Of a DNA stretch of 64,000 bases, positions 47,713 to 56,978 are shown in pieces. The stretch's first letter is position 1; each line of letters opens with the position of its first letter. The DNA lies in the NCBI GenBank assembly GCA_028820845.1, contig JAPPII010000004.1:20314-84313 (forward strand), given 5' to 3'. The translations under genes and the position numbers were made by a program. The notes under the pieces were generated by a model, which worked only from the letters and a program-made list of their open reading frames with translations, was not told the DNA's origin and did not search any database. This stretch comes from Candidatus Poribacteria bacterium (lineage in GTDB: Bacteria > Poribacteria > WGA-4E > WGA-3G).

Positions 47713-48459
47713 CTAATATGTCGCTCTTCCACCACTCACATCATAACACTGACCCGTCACAAAACTCGCCTCATCCGAAGCCAAGAAATTCACGACCGCC
47801 GCAACTTCTTCCGGTTGCCCAACGCGCCCCAACGGAATCTTACCCACCATATAATCAATCGTTGACTGCGCCATACCTTCCAAAATCGGTGTTTGAATGA
47901 CAGCGGGAGAGACGGCATTCACACGGATATTATAATCCGTTACCTCTTTAGCGAGTGCCTTTGTTAGGGTGATAACCCCTCCCTTAGATACCGAATACGG
48001 AATCAACGTCGGATTGCCCTCTTTTCCAGCAATTGAGGCGATATTCACAATTCTGCCGTAATTCTGCGCAATCATCGGACGGATAACCGCTTTACAACAT
48101 AGAAAAACGCCTGTGAGATTTACGCCTATCACGGCATCCCAATCCGCCTCTTCTAAGTCGGTAAGTGGGAGTGTACGTCCCGCGATGCCGGCATTGTTAA
48201 CAAGGATATCAACGCGACCGAGCGTGGAAATAACCTTCTCAACGGCGGCGTTAACGTCAGCGGACTGTGAGACATCGGCTTGAAGGGGTAGCGACCTGCG
48301 TCCGATGCCCTCAATTTCCTGTGCCACCGCTGCTGCTGCATCCATATTCAAATCCATGATAGCGACATCCGCGCCAACGTTGGCGAGTCTGACGGCTATG
48401 GCTTTTCCGATACCTTGTCCAGCACCTGTTACGATAGCGATTTTATTGTCTAAATTCAT
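47713..48459 (-). CDS. SDR-family oxidoreductase (FabG-like).
   Basis: KIAIVTGAGQGIGKAIA glycine-rich NAD(P)-binding motif. YSVSKGG catalytic Y-x3-K. Confidence 0.85.
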   Translation of the reverse strand: MNLDNKIAIVTGAGQGIGKAIAVRLANVGADVAIMDLNMDAAAAVAQEIEGIGRRSLPLQADVSQSADVNAAVEKVISTLGRVDILVNNAGIAGRTLPLTDLEEADWDAVIGVNLTGVFLCCKAVIRPMIAQNYGRIVNIASIAGKEGNPTLIPYSVSKGGVITLTKALAKEVTDYNIRVNAVSPAVIQTPILEGMAQSTIDYMVGKIPLGRVGQPEEVAAVVNFLASDEASFVTGQCYDVSGGRATY

Positions 48460-48462
48460 ATG

Positions 48463-49041
48463 CTAATTCTCACTTGCCAAGTGCAAGCTTTCTCTCCTCT
48501 CTTCCAAAAATGTGTCTAATTCAATTCCAAATGCGTCTGCTATCCGATTGACATAACAGAAAAATCCGACAACCTCCACAATAGCGAAAAGTGCCTCGTC
48601 CGTCAACCCATAACTGCGGAGATGTTCCAAATCTGCCAGTGTGACAGCAGACGCTGATTTTGTTACCTTAACAGCGAATTCAAGAATCGCTTTCGTGGTA
48701 TCGTCAATATCGGCAGTTCGGAAATCCTTCGTAAAAGCTGCAATCTGTTCGTCTGTGAGTTGAACCCGCAACTCATCTGCGTGTGCAACGATTCAGTAGT
48801 GGCATTCATTCACTTTCGAGACGACAGTCGCGATCATCTCCCGTTGCATCCGAGTCAAGGGGCAATCCTCATCGTGCATCACTGCTTTGTAAAGTTCGAC
48901 AAAGGCGCGCATGCTTTTCGGGCGCGCACTAAAAAGCCTGACGATGTTGTAAAGTTCACCCGCCCGCGCGATAGCAGCGTCGTATTCCTCTTTCACGATA
49001 CCCGTTGCATCGGTCTCGTCTACAGTCTGAATCCATGCCAT
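48463..49041 (-). CDS. AhpD/carboxymuconolactone-decarboxylase-family peroxidase-related protein with an in-frame UGA at 48793-48795. Predicted selenocysteine in a CxxUxxxH motif.
   Basis: Minus-strand reading is ...VVSKVNECHY-[TGA]-IVAHADELRVQLTDEQIAAF..., continuous in one frame (both parts have phase 48793 mod 3 = 48769 mod 3). The stop falls exactly at the second Cys of the AhpD CxxCxxxH active-site motif. The ORF track splits the gene into 48793-49041 and 48463-48771. Confidence 0.65.
48754..48776 (-). promoter_or_regulatory. SECIS-like hairpin 3' of the in-frame UGA.
   Basis: The mRNA reads UGA AUC GUU GCA CAC GCA GA-UGAGUUG-CGGGUU-CAACUCA. It forms a 7-bp stem with a 6-nt loop containing GGUU, and the stem starts about 18 nt after the UGA. 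Confidence 0.5.
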
Positions 49042-49044
49042 GTG

Positions 49045-50274
49045 TTACTCTCCAATGACAACCCCATATTCCCCGACAACCGCACCTTTATGCCCTGTCT
49101 GGTAGTGCAAGTGCCGTTCACCGATAATGGGTTGTGTGCTTTGGACTTCAACGGTGCCACGAACTTTTCCCATTGCCCCCTCATCTAAATCCACACAACA
49201 GAGGGGCTTAATCTGGCGATGCACCTGCCGACGAATATCACCGTTTTTATTCCGAACGATAATATTGACGAAGGCATCTGCTTCCCCTACATTGAGGAAT
49301 CGGAACCAGTCCCTAGCACCCGCTGCGACTTCAGGGAAGAAAAGTCGGATACCCACATGTCCACCCTCTGCGGATGCACCCGGTAGGTCGATAATAGCCG
49401 TTCCGCTTTGCATGTGCCGTTCTGCGACAACGGGTTGATCGCTACGGACCTCTACGGAAGATTTCACTTTAATGTCATCCATATCCGGTGTCCAGCACTC
49501 AAAAGGTCCCAAGGGGCTATGTCTTTTCGTCCATGTTGCTTGTGCGTTATCGTCCTTACGCGCAATCATGGTTACCTCAGCAGGTTCCCTGCCGACGTTG
49601 ACAATCACGACCCAGTCTTCCCATGCGGGTCCGACCTCAGGAAAATAGAGCGTGCGAGGCGCATCAGCGATCACTTGCCCGAATTGCCCAACGGATGTTT
49701 TCCCACCTTGGTAGTGGAGATGACGTTCTGCCACAATCGGTTGCGAACTCTGCATCTCAACCGTGCCGGTGACGTTCCCCATAACGCCTTCGTTGAGATC
49801 CCAACAGCAGAAAGGTTTGATGACGTGGTGGCGTTGCCGAAGCACCCTACCGTTTCTGTTTCGGACGGTAATGTTGACGTGTGCGTCCGCTTCACCGACG
49901 TTTAGGACCCGAAACCAATCGTGTGCGCCTGATACCAATTCTGGAAAGAAAAGTCGCTGTCCGACTGTCTCGTATTCTGGGGCTGCACCGATAAAGTCGA
50001 GAACGTTTGTGCCCCTGTGCATGTGCCGTTCGGCGACAATCGGTTGATCCGCACTGAACTGCATTGAGGAGTTTTCCTTTATCGCCTCAACGTTTGGTGT
50101 CCAGCACTCGAAGGGTTGTATCGTTTTCTCTTCTGACCATGTGGGTTGTCCGTTACGGGCATGTCTGGCTATCGCTGTTACGCGCGTCGGTTCCGTGCCG
50201 ACGTTCGTTACCTGAACCCAGTCTTGCCACTGGGGACCGACTTCTGGGAAATAAAGCGTTGTTGCACCTGCCAT
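49045..50274 (-). CDS. Hypothetical cytoplasmic protein built from four tandem repeats of about 100 aa (A-B-A-B).
   Basis: Each repeat starts L(Y/F)FPE(V/L)...(D/Q)W(V/F)(Q/R)V.NVG.E.. and ends ...QP(I/V)(V/I)(A/G)ERH(M/L)H. A-type: LYFPEVGPQWQDWVQVTNVGTEP... B-type: LFFPELVSGAHDWFRVLNVGEADAHVNI...PFCCWDLNEG... Confidence 0.55.
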   Translation of the reverse strand: MAGATTLYFPEVGPQWQDWVQVTNVGTEPTRVTAIARHARNGQPTWSEEKTIQPFECWTPNVEAIKENSSMQFSADQPIVAERHMHRGTNVLDFIGAAPEYETVGQRLFFPELVSGAHDWFRVLNVGEADAHVNITVRNRNGRVLRQRHHVIKPFCCWDLNEGVMGNVTGTVEMQSSQPIVAERHLHYQGGKTSVGQFGQVIADAPRTLYFPEVGPAWEDWVVIVNVGREPAEVTMIARKDDNAQATWTKRHSPLGPFECWTPDMDDIKVKSSVEVRSDQPVVAERHMQSGTAIIDLPGASAEGGHVGIRLFFPEVAAGARDWFRFLNVGEADAFVNIIVRNKNGDIRRQVHRQIKPLCCVDLDEGAMGKVRGTVEVQSTQPIIGERHLHYQTGHKGAVVGEYGVVIGE

Positions 50275-50321
50275 TCGTTCCTCCTATCTATTCATTGTGC
50301 CTATTTAATTTTTTTAATCCT

Positions 50322-50435
50322 ATAGGACTTACACACTCCATTGGTAGGTGCGGTTTCCAACCGCACCTACCCCTGATAGCAAGTGTCTTCATCATATCAA
50401 GATGGACGTTCTGACGCAATTTTGCGTAAGTCCTA
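50322..50435. repeat. MITE-like element (taggacttacacac ... ttttgcgtaagtcctat) containing a ggtaggtgcggtttccaaccgcacc hairpin (50343-50367).
   Basis: Direct reading. Confidence 0.75.
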
Positions 50436-50665
50436 TTCTATCTATTACTAAGATGTATAAAATTTTGACGCGTAATTCTGACCAATAACCAACAACCATA
50501 AAACTGACAACTATCTCTATTTTAACTTGCATATATATCTATTTTCCACTACAATTTCGGTCAACGTCATTTGGTGTGAGAAATTCGTCCACTCTGCAAG
50601 GACTTACGACTCTACCCGCTAAATGACCTTCACAATCCCTACACACATCTTGAGGAGAAGTTTTA

Positions 50666-50953
50666 ATGGCAGCGAAAAAACTCTCGGACGCTGAAATTCA
50701 GGAAAACCTCGAACAACTCAGCGGTTGGACCATGGAAGACGGTAAATTACACAAGGAATTCCAGTTTGATACTTTTGTTACTGCGTTCGGATTTATGGCA
50801 CAACTTGCCCTAATTGCTGAATCAATGAATCATCACCCAGAATGGTTCAATGTCTATAACCGCGTGACAATTGATTTGACGACCCACGATGCAGGCGGCA
50901 TCAGCGAATTGGACTTCCAGTGGGCAAAACACGCAGATTCGATTAGTGACTAA
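50666..50953 (+). CDS. phhB: Pterin-4a-carbinolamine dehydratase (PCD/DCoH).
   Basis: [61 protein letters not shown]. Confidence 0.85.
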   Translation: MAAKKLSDAEIQENLEQLSGWTMEDGKLHKEFQFDTFVTAFGFMAQLALIAESMNHHPEWFNVYNRVTIDLTTHDAGGISELDFQWAKHADSISD

Positions 50954-50989
50954 TCTGATGAACAGTACATGTCCAGATAGGAGAGGCGT

Positions 50990-51937
50990 ATGGAAAAAAT
51001 AAAAGTCTTAATTGGCAGTCGGCAGGCACCGGAAATTGAGGCGATGTTATCAGACGTTCCAGAGAACGTGGAAGTGAGTTTCCTCCCGCATGGAGACCCG
51101 TTGCGCGCACATATCGCCGGTGTCGAGATTTTATTTGGGCACATCGGTGAAGACGCAATGTCTGAAGCAAACGCATTGCGTTGGGCACACCAACCACATG
51201 CCGGCGTTGAGGGATTCATGTACCCGAGCTTCAAAGCGAGCGATGTTGTCCTCACAAATTGTCGGGGCTTATACGGCACACAGATCGCCGAACACGCCTT
51301 CGCGCTCCTTTTATCCCTTACCCGACACATTCCAATACAGTTGGAATTTATGAAGACAAAACATTGGGAGCGCACACAATGTATTGAACTCGCGGGGATG
51401 ACGATGGGCATCCTTGGACTCGGTGGTATCGGAAGGGCAATCGCTGCACGTGCGCGCGCATTTGAATTTGAGGTCGTCGCTGCGGATGTTGAATCAATTG
51501 ACAAACCCGATACTGTTTCGGAACTCTATAATTTGGACGGATTGATGCCGTTTCTGGCGCAGTCGAACATCGTTATGGTCTGTTGTCCGAGCACACCTGA
51601 AACGCATAAACTCCTATCACACGCACAGTTCAGTCAGATGCCAGACAGTAGTTACGTCGTGAATGTGAGTCGCGGCAAGGTTATTGACGAAGAGGCGTTG
51701 GTAGCTGCGCTTCGGAGTGGGAAGTTAGCAGGGGCAGGGTTAGACGTGACCTACACGGAACCGTGTCCACCAGAGAGTCCATTGTGGGAACAGGAGAACG
51801 TAATTTTAACTTCGCACAGTGCCGGTGCTTCACAGCACATTCGGAGACGCGCCATGCAACTCTTTATCGACAACCTACATCGCTATGTTGCAAGTGAACC
51901 GTTGGTTAACGTTGTTGATAAGACGAAGGGCTACTAA
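50990..51937 (+). CDS. D-isomer-specific 2-hydroxyacid dehydrogenase family protein.
   Basis: NAD-binding GILGLGGIGRAIAARARAFEFEV. Catalytic-region pattern ...VNVSRG...D...L. Confidence 0.8.
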   Translation: MEKIKVLIGSRQAPEIEAMLSDVPENVEVSFLPHGDPLRAHIAGVEILFGHIGEDAMSEANALRWAHQPHAGVEGFMYPSFKASDVVLTNCRGLYGTQIAEHAFALLLSLTRHIPIQLEFMKTKHWERTQCIELAGMTMGILGLGGIGRAIAARARAFEFEVVAADVESIDKPDTVSELYNLDGLMPFLAQSNIVMVCCPSTPETHKLLSHAQFSQMPDSSYVVNVSRGKVIDEEALVAALRSGKLAGAGLDVTYTEPCPPESPLWEQENVILTSHSAGASQHIRRRAMQLFIDNLHRYVASEPLVNVVDKTKGY

Positions 51938-51962
51938 ATCGTAACACAGAAATGGAGAAAAA

Positions 51963-53036
51963 ATGAGCCAGAAAACATATCGCGCCGCCGCTATCGGGCA
52001 TACCGGAGCAGGCAACTTTGGACACGCGCTTCATACCCCATATAGAGGTATAGACAACGCTGAGTTTATCGCTGTCGCTGATCCGGACGAGGCTGGCAGA
52101 GAAAAAGCCGCAGCAGAGGCAGGTGCGGTCCGCAGCTACGCTGATTATCGGGATATGCTTGAGAAAGAAGACCTTGATATTGTAAGCGTCTGTCCGCGCT
52201 GGACGACTGAGCATGTGGACATGGTGACTGCGTGTATTGAGGCAGGATGCCACGTTTACTCTGAAAAACCGATGACGGCAACACTCGCCGATGGCGATCT
52301 AATTGTTAAAACGGCGAAAGCACACGGCAAGAAGGTTGCAGTCGCACATCAGGCGGTCTATCTCCCCGCAACCCATGCAATTAAGAAGATGCTCAACGAC
52401 GGAAAGATCGGCACTGTCCAAGCCATTCATGCCAGTGGTAAGCAGGACCATCGCGGTGGTGGGGAGGATATGATCGTCCTTGGGACCCACCTATTTAATA
52501 TGATGCGCTTCTTCGTCGGTGATGTCGCATGGATGCAGGGACACGTTACCAACAACGGCAAAGAGGTCGCTTATGGTGACGACCACAAGCCGACGGAACC
52601 TGTTGGACCCGTTGCTGGCGATTGTATCAACAGTTACTTCTCTTTCAAAAGTGGTGTCTGTGGTTTCTTTGAATCCCGGAGAGATCAGGCGGGTTCTGGT
52701 CGATACGGTATGGAGATCGTCGGCAGCGACGGTATTTTCTCGCTCCGCGGTGATGTCGCAAATCGACTTATGGTCTACCCCTATCCCGTCCTTGTCCCTG
52801 CAAGTCCAGATCAAGCGTGGGAAGCCATCGACTTAGACGACACACCTTTCTCCAGTGGTAATGATCTTGCTATTCGCGATCTCATTGATGCGATTGAGAA
52901 CGACCGAAAACCAATTTCCGCTGCTGAAGACGCGGTCGCTGCACTCGAGATGATTCTCGGTGCTTATGAGTCCCAACTCTCTGGCGGACGCGTCTCCTTC
53001 CCAATTGCAAACCGCGCGCATCCGCTGAGCAGATAA
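51963..53036 (+). CDS. Gfo/Idh/MocA family oxidoreductase.
   Basis: YRAAAIGHTGAGNFGHALHTPYRGIDNAEFIAVADPDEAGR... N-terminal Rossmann fold. Confidence 0.8.
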   Translation: MSQKTYRAAAIGHTGAGNFGHALHTPYRGIDNAEFIAVADPDEAGREKAAAEAGAVRSYADYRDMLEKEDLDIVSVCPRWTTEHVDMVTACIEAGCHVYSEKPMTATLADGDLIVKTAKAHGKKVAVAHQAVYLPATHAIKKMLNDGKIGTVQAIHASGKQDHRGGGEDMIVLGTHLFNMMRFFVGDVAWMQGHVTNNGKEVAYGDDHKPTEPVGPVAGDCINSYFSFKSGVCGFFESRRDQAGSGRYGMEIVGSDGIFSLRGDVANRLMVYPYPVLVPASPDQAWEAIDLDDTPFSSGNDLAIRDLIDAIENDRKPISAAEDAVAALEMILGAYESQLSGGRVSFPIANRAHPLSR

Positions 53037-53085
53037 TTCCGAAACTATTATATGTTTGGCGAGGTCTCTGTGCCTCGCCACCTTC

Positions 53086-53802
53086 CTATGCCGGTATGAT
53101 TTTCCGCACACCGTTTTCATAGCGGATCTCATAATCGGTATCCGGCACCTCCATCGCACGGACAGCGAGCTCACCAAACGTGACGAGCGGTTCGGAGAGC
53201 AGTAGCAATTCATCAAGCGATTCGGACGGTGTCTTTTCTGTTGTATCCAACACAATCTTGCGTCCTTTTTGCGCAAATAACGACCTATCAATCTCCTCTT
53301 GAAAGAGGCGTTTGAGCTCTGGAATATCGGCTTTTTTGATAATCTGATATTCGTGCGGGTCTGTCTCCATCCGTTCTACGATCGCCTCATCGCTGGCATC
53401 AACGTGAATCATAACGACATCCGGCAACCGCGCTTCAATGACCTGTGTTTCGTATCCACGCTGGGCATTAATATGGTACTTTGAGTAATACGTACTGTCT
53501 GGGTCATCTCCATAGAACGAGGAGTAGACGAGTTCCTCGATATGCCAACCTGCAATCATCGTATTCGGATAGTTTTTGATGACTTCAACGTGGTATTGGA
53601 GTTGCATCCGCTGCATCCGCTCCTTCACATCGTCGGGGAAATTCACGTACGCCGCTCTTGATTCTGGGCTGAGGGTTGAATCGGGGATAGTGAAGTGATC
53701 ATCGACGTGAACCATCAATTTCCGGTGCCGATAGTAGTTCGTCAACAGGTCTACCAGCGTCGATTTTCCAGCATATTCGATACCGACAAAAATACATCTC
53801 AT
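53086..53802 (-). CDS. P-loop NTPase (AAA_28/NadR-kinase-like).
   Basis: MRCIFVGIEYAGKSTLVDLL Walker A. The track ORF extends to 53889, but the likely start is the Met at 53802. Confidence 0.5.
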   Translation of the reverse strand: MRCIFVGIEYAGKSTLVDLLTNYYRHRKLMVHVDDHFTIPDSTLSPESRAAYVNFPDDVKERMQRMQLQYHVEVIKNYPNTMIAGWHIEELVYSSFYGDDPDSTYYSKYHINAQRGYETQVIEARLPDVVMIHVDASDEAIVERMETDPHEYQIIKKADIPELKRLFQEEIDRSLFAQKGRKIVLDTTEKTPSESLDELLLLSEPLVTFGELAVRAMEVPDTDYEIRYENGVRKIIPA

Positions 53803-53922
53803 AAGAAAGACCTCGCTATTGAATTGGTGTGAATGAACAACGTTCCACAGTGTGTCCTTATATCTATCACGAAAATGGAAAAAAGTCAAACACCTAATTC
53901 CTGTTTCCTATTTCTGATGTCC

Positions 53923-53951
53923 TTGACAATGGGGCATTTACGATGTATAAT
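53923..53951 (+). promoter_or_regulatory. Perfect consensus promoter TTGACA-N17-TATAAT, 57 nt upstream of the dus gene.
   Basis: cTTGACAatggggcatttacgatgTATAATaa. Confidence 0.6.
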
Positions 53952-54007
53952 AACTTTATCCAAAATTGAACATAACGAAATTATCTTAATCCAAAAATAT
54001 TCACTAA

Positions 54008-55045
54008 ATGTTAACAATCGGCAACCTCCACATTTCAGATTTCCCACTACTGCTCGCTCCAATGGAAGATGTGAGCGATCCACCTTTTCGCGCCGTCTGC
54101 AAGGATAACGGTGCGGATCTCATGTACACCGAATTCATCTCCTCCGAAGCACTCATCCGCGATGCCGCGCCGAGCGTTGCCAAATTGGACATCTTTGAAG
54201 CAGAAAGACCCATCGGTATCCAAATTTTTGGTCACGACATCGAAGCCATGCGCGCTTCTGTCGAAATCACCGAACGCGTTCAACCCGATATTATCGACAT
54301 CAACTATGGCTGCCCCGTCAAAAAGGTTACGTGTAAAGGCGCGGGTGCCGGTATCCTGCAGGACATCCCTAAAATGGTGAAGATGACCGCCGAGATGGTA
54401 AAAGCCACGAAACTCCCTGTCACCGTCAAAACCCGACTCGGTTGGGACGATAAAACGAAGTACATCGTCGAAGTCGCTGAACGCCTACAAGATGTCGGTA
54501 TTCGAGCCATCGCGATTCACGGCAGAACCCGTCGGCAGATGTATAAGGGCAGTGCCGACTGGACACTCATCGGTCGGATTAAGGATAACCCGCGCATGAA
54601 GATTCCGGTGTTTGGCAACGGTGATGTTGATAGTCCACAGAAAGCAGCGCAGATGCGCCAACAATACGGCGTTGACGGTATTATGATTGGACGCGCCGCC
54701 ATCGGTTACCCTTGGATTTTTAACGAGATAAAACACTATTTCGCGACGGATGAATTGCTCCCACCGCCCTCCATAGATGAGCGGATCGCCGTCTTTAGAA
54801 GACATCTCGATTTCTCTATTAAGTGGAAGGGCTTAAAACTCGGTCTCATTGAGATGCGTCGGCACTACAGCAATTATTTCAAGGGCATTCCCTACGTCAA
54901 ACCTTTTCGCAACCGCCTCGTTACATCTGATAGCTACGACGATGTTTTAGGGATTGTAGAGGAACTCCGTACGCACGCCTTAACATCGGTTCTATCTCTG
55001 GTAGGAAACCATCCAAGTGCCGATACCCTACCAAAAAATGCTTGA
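54008..55045 (+). CDS. dusB: tRNA-dihydrouridine synthase (DusB-like).
   Basis: LLAPMEDVSDPPFRAVCKDNGADLMYTEFISSEAL...INYGCPVKKV... Confidence 0.85.
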   Translation: MLTIGNLHISDFPLLLAPMEDVSDPPFRAVCKDNGADLMYTEFISSEALIRDAAPSVAKLDIFEAERPIGIQIFGHDIEAMRASVEITERVQPDIIDINYGCPVKKVTCKGAGAGILQDIPKMVKMTAEMVKATKLPVTVKTRLGWDDKTKYIVEVAERLQDVGIRAIAIHGRTRRQMYKGSADWTLIGRIKDNPRMKIPVFGNGDVDSPQKAAQMRQQYGVDGIMIGRAAIGYPWIFNEIKHYFATDELLPPPSIDERIAVFRRHLDFSIKWKGLKLGLIEMRRHYSNYFKGIPYVKPFRNRLVTSDSYDDVLGIVEELRTHALTSVLSLVGNHPSADTLPKNA

Positions 55046-55109
55046 CGTGAAAGCCAAATAATTTTATCATACCTCTCAGAAAACACATCTCGGCAATAAA
55101 GGACGGACA

Positions 55110-55934
55110 ATGGATAAAATACCCTTTATGAAACTCAGTGGTGCGGGTAACGACTTCGTGATTATCAATAATTTTGCGGAGATTGTGGATAGCACCGATA
55201 CAAATTTTGTGACGAAACTCTGTCAACGCCGCATGTCAGTCGGTGCTGACGGCGTGCTTCTCGTTGAAAAAGCGGACGACGTTGACTTTCGTATGCGCTA
55301 CTTCAATGCTGATGGCGGCGAGGTAGAGACTTGTGGAAACGGCGCACGCTGCATTTCCAAATTTGCCTACCTAAACGGTCTCGCGTCCGAACAGATGCGA
55401 TTCCTGACGAATGCTGGAATTTATGAATCTGAAATCGTCGGTGAGAACGTTAAAGTGCGTATGAGCGATCCAACGGATATCCGACTCAATGTCCCGCTGC
55501 AATTGGATGATGGAGTGCACACCGTGGGCTTCGCAAACAGTGGCGTGCCGCACGTCGTTTTCTTTGTGGAGGACTTAGAGGACACGGATGTTTTCGATCT
55601 CGGTCAACAGACGCGGTATCACGATGATTTCAAACCGGCTGGGACGAACGCCAACTTTATCCGAGTCCAATCCTCTGCGTTAATTGATATTCGGACGTAT
55701 GAACGCGGTGTTGAGGATGAAACACTCGCTTGTGGGACTGGCTCGATTGCGTCGACGATTGTCGCTGCGACGTTAGGCAAGGTGGAATCGCCAGTTGATG
55801 TAAAAACAGCGAGTGGTGCGGTTTTGAAAATCCATTTTGACGTGGAAAACGGAGAAGCTCGGAACGTCTATCTTGAAGGCGATGCCCGCGTGATCTACGT
55901 GGGTGAACTCACAACGGACGCGTGGAATTATTAA
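55110..55934 (+). CDS. dapF: Diaminopimelate epimerase.
   Basis: FMKLSGAGNDFVIINN...CGNGARC...CGTGSIAS (two active-site Cys motifs). Confidence 0.9.
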   Translation: MDKIPFMKLSGAGNDFVIINNFAEIVDSTDTNFVTKLCQRRMSVGADGVLLVEKADDVDFRMRYFNADGGEVETCGNGARCISKFAYLNGLASEQMRFLTNAGIYESEIVGENVKVRMSDPTDIRLNVPLQLDDGVHTVGFANSGVPHVVFFVEDLEDTDVFDLGQQTRYHDDFKPAGTNANFIRVQSSALIDIRTYERGVEDETLACGTGSIASTIVAATLGKVESPVDVKTASGAVLKIHFDVENGEARNVYLEGDARVIYVGELTTDAWNY

Positions 55935-56018
55935 AAGTAGCAGGCACACGCCGTTTGCCATAAGCATCGTAGCAGGCACACGCCGTTGTGCCGTAAGCAT
56001 CAAGGAGGGTTTACTTAC

Positions 56019-56894
56019 ATGTTTCAAGGCTCGTATGTTGCACTGGTCACACCCTTTAAGGACGATGAATCGCTTGACGAGGCGAAACTCAAGGAACTGA
56101 TTCAATTTCAGCTTGACGGCGGCACACACGGCATCGTCCCGTGTGGCACAACAGGTGAATCCCCTGCGCTGTCTGAGGCTGAACACGATAGGGTCATAGA
56201 AATTACAGTTGAGACGGTGAATGGGCAAGTACCTGTCATCGCCGGGACGGGTTCCAACTCAACGACGCGCACCCTACGCGCAACGCAGCACGCCAAAGCC
56301 GCTGGTGCGGACGCTGCGCTAATTGTCACGCCCTATTACAACAAACCTACCCAAGATGGGCTGTATGCCCACTACATGAAGATTGCCGATACAGTGGACA
56401 TCCCGATCGTCGTTTATAACGTTCCGGGGCGTTGCGGTACGGACATCCTTTCACCGACGATTGCGCGGCTCGCTGAACATCCGAATATCGTCGCCCTCAA
56501 AGAGGCGACCGGTGAACTCAAGCGCGCCAGTGAAGTCGTCGACTTATGTCCCGATGATTTCGTTGTGCTCTCCGGTGATGATGTGAACACGCTGCCAATC
56601 ATGGCTGTCGGCGGTAAAGGCGTTATCTCTGTCGTCGCAAACGTCGCACCGGCAGACGTTGCTGAGATGTGCAATGCTTTCCATGCAGGCAATCTCGATC
56701 TCGCCCGTAAACTCCACTATAAGACGTTATCTTTGGCGGTGGATCTCTTTATTGAAACGAATCCCATTCCCGCAAAAACCGCCCTCCAACTGATGGGCAA
56801 ACTCAACGGAAAATTGCGGTTGCCACTCGCACCGATGACCGCTGCGAATCTTGAATCCTTACGGAAGACGATTAAGGAAGCAGGATTGATTTAA
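56019..56894 (+). CDS. dapA: 4-hydroxy-tetrahydrodipicolinate synthase.
   Basis: MFQGSYVALVTPF...GIVPCGTTGESPALS...VIAGTGSNST...YYNKPTQDGLY. The RBS aggagggt precedes the ATG at 56019. Confidence 0.9.
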   Translation: MFQGSYVALVTPFKDDESLDEAKLKELIQFQLDGGTHGIVPCGTTGESPALSEAEHDRVIEITVETVNGQVPVIAGTGSNSTTRTLRATQHAKAAGADAALIVTPYYNKPTQDGLYAHYMKIADTVDIPIVVYNVPGRCGTDILSPTIARLAEHPNIVALKEATGELKRASEVVDLCPDDFVVLSGDDVNTLPIMAVGGKGVISVVANVAPADVAEMCNAFHAGNLDLARKLHYKTLSLAVDLFIETNPIPAKTALQLMGKLNGKLRLPLAPMTAANLESLRKTIKEAGLI

Positions 56895-56906
56895 TGAAAA
56901 AAGTAG

Positions 56907-56935
56907 AAGGTGCGGTTGCTGACCGCACCTTTTTC
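56907..56935 (+). terminator. Rho-independent terminator after dapA.
   Basis: aaggtgcggttgctgaccgcaccttttt: GC-rich stem plus a T-run, 13 nt after the dapA stop. Confidence 0.7.
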
Positions 56936-56978
56936 ATTCTGCTCTTCTTATAGCCTTGCAAGGGAAGCTCAAAAGCTC

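Noticed and set aside
48463-49041. Interpretation as a disrupted pseudogene (two fragments 48463-48771 and 48793-49041)
   Set aside because: The break is a single in-frame TGA precisely at the catalytic CxxC position with a hairpin 3' of it. The selenoprotein reading is more parsimonious than a nonsense mutation. Pseudogene remains the fallback if Sec machinery is absent.
53803-53889. N-terminal 29 codons of ORF 53086-53889
   Set aside because: The Walker A motif begins right after the internal Met (MRCIFVGIEYAGKST), and the perfect consensus promoter for the divergent dus gene occupies the upstream region. The shorter start at 53802 is preferred.
56910-56978. Track start of ORF 56910-57500 at 56910
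   Set aside because: That start lies inside the dapA terminator hairpin (aaggtgcggttgctgaccgcaccttttt). The start was moved to the Met at 56979.
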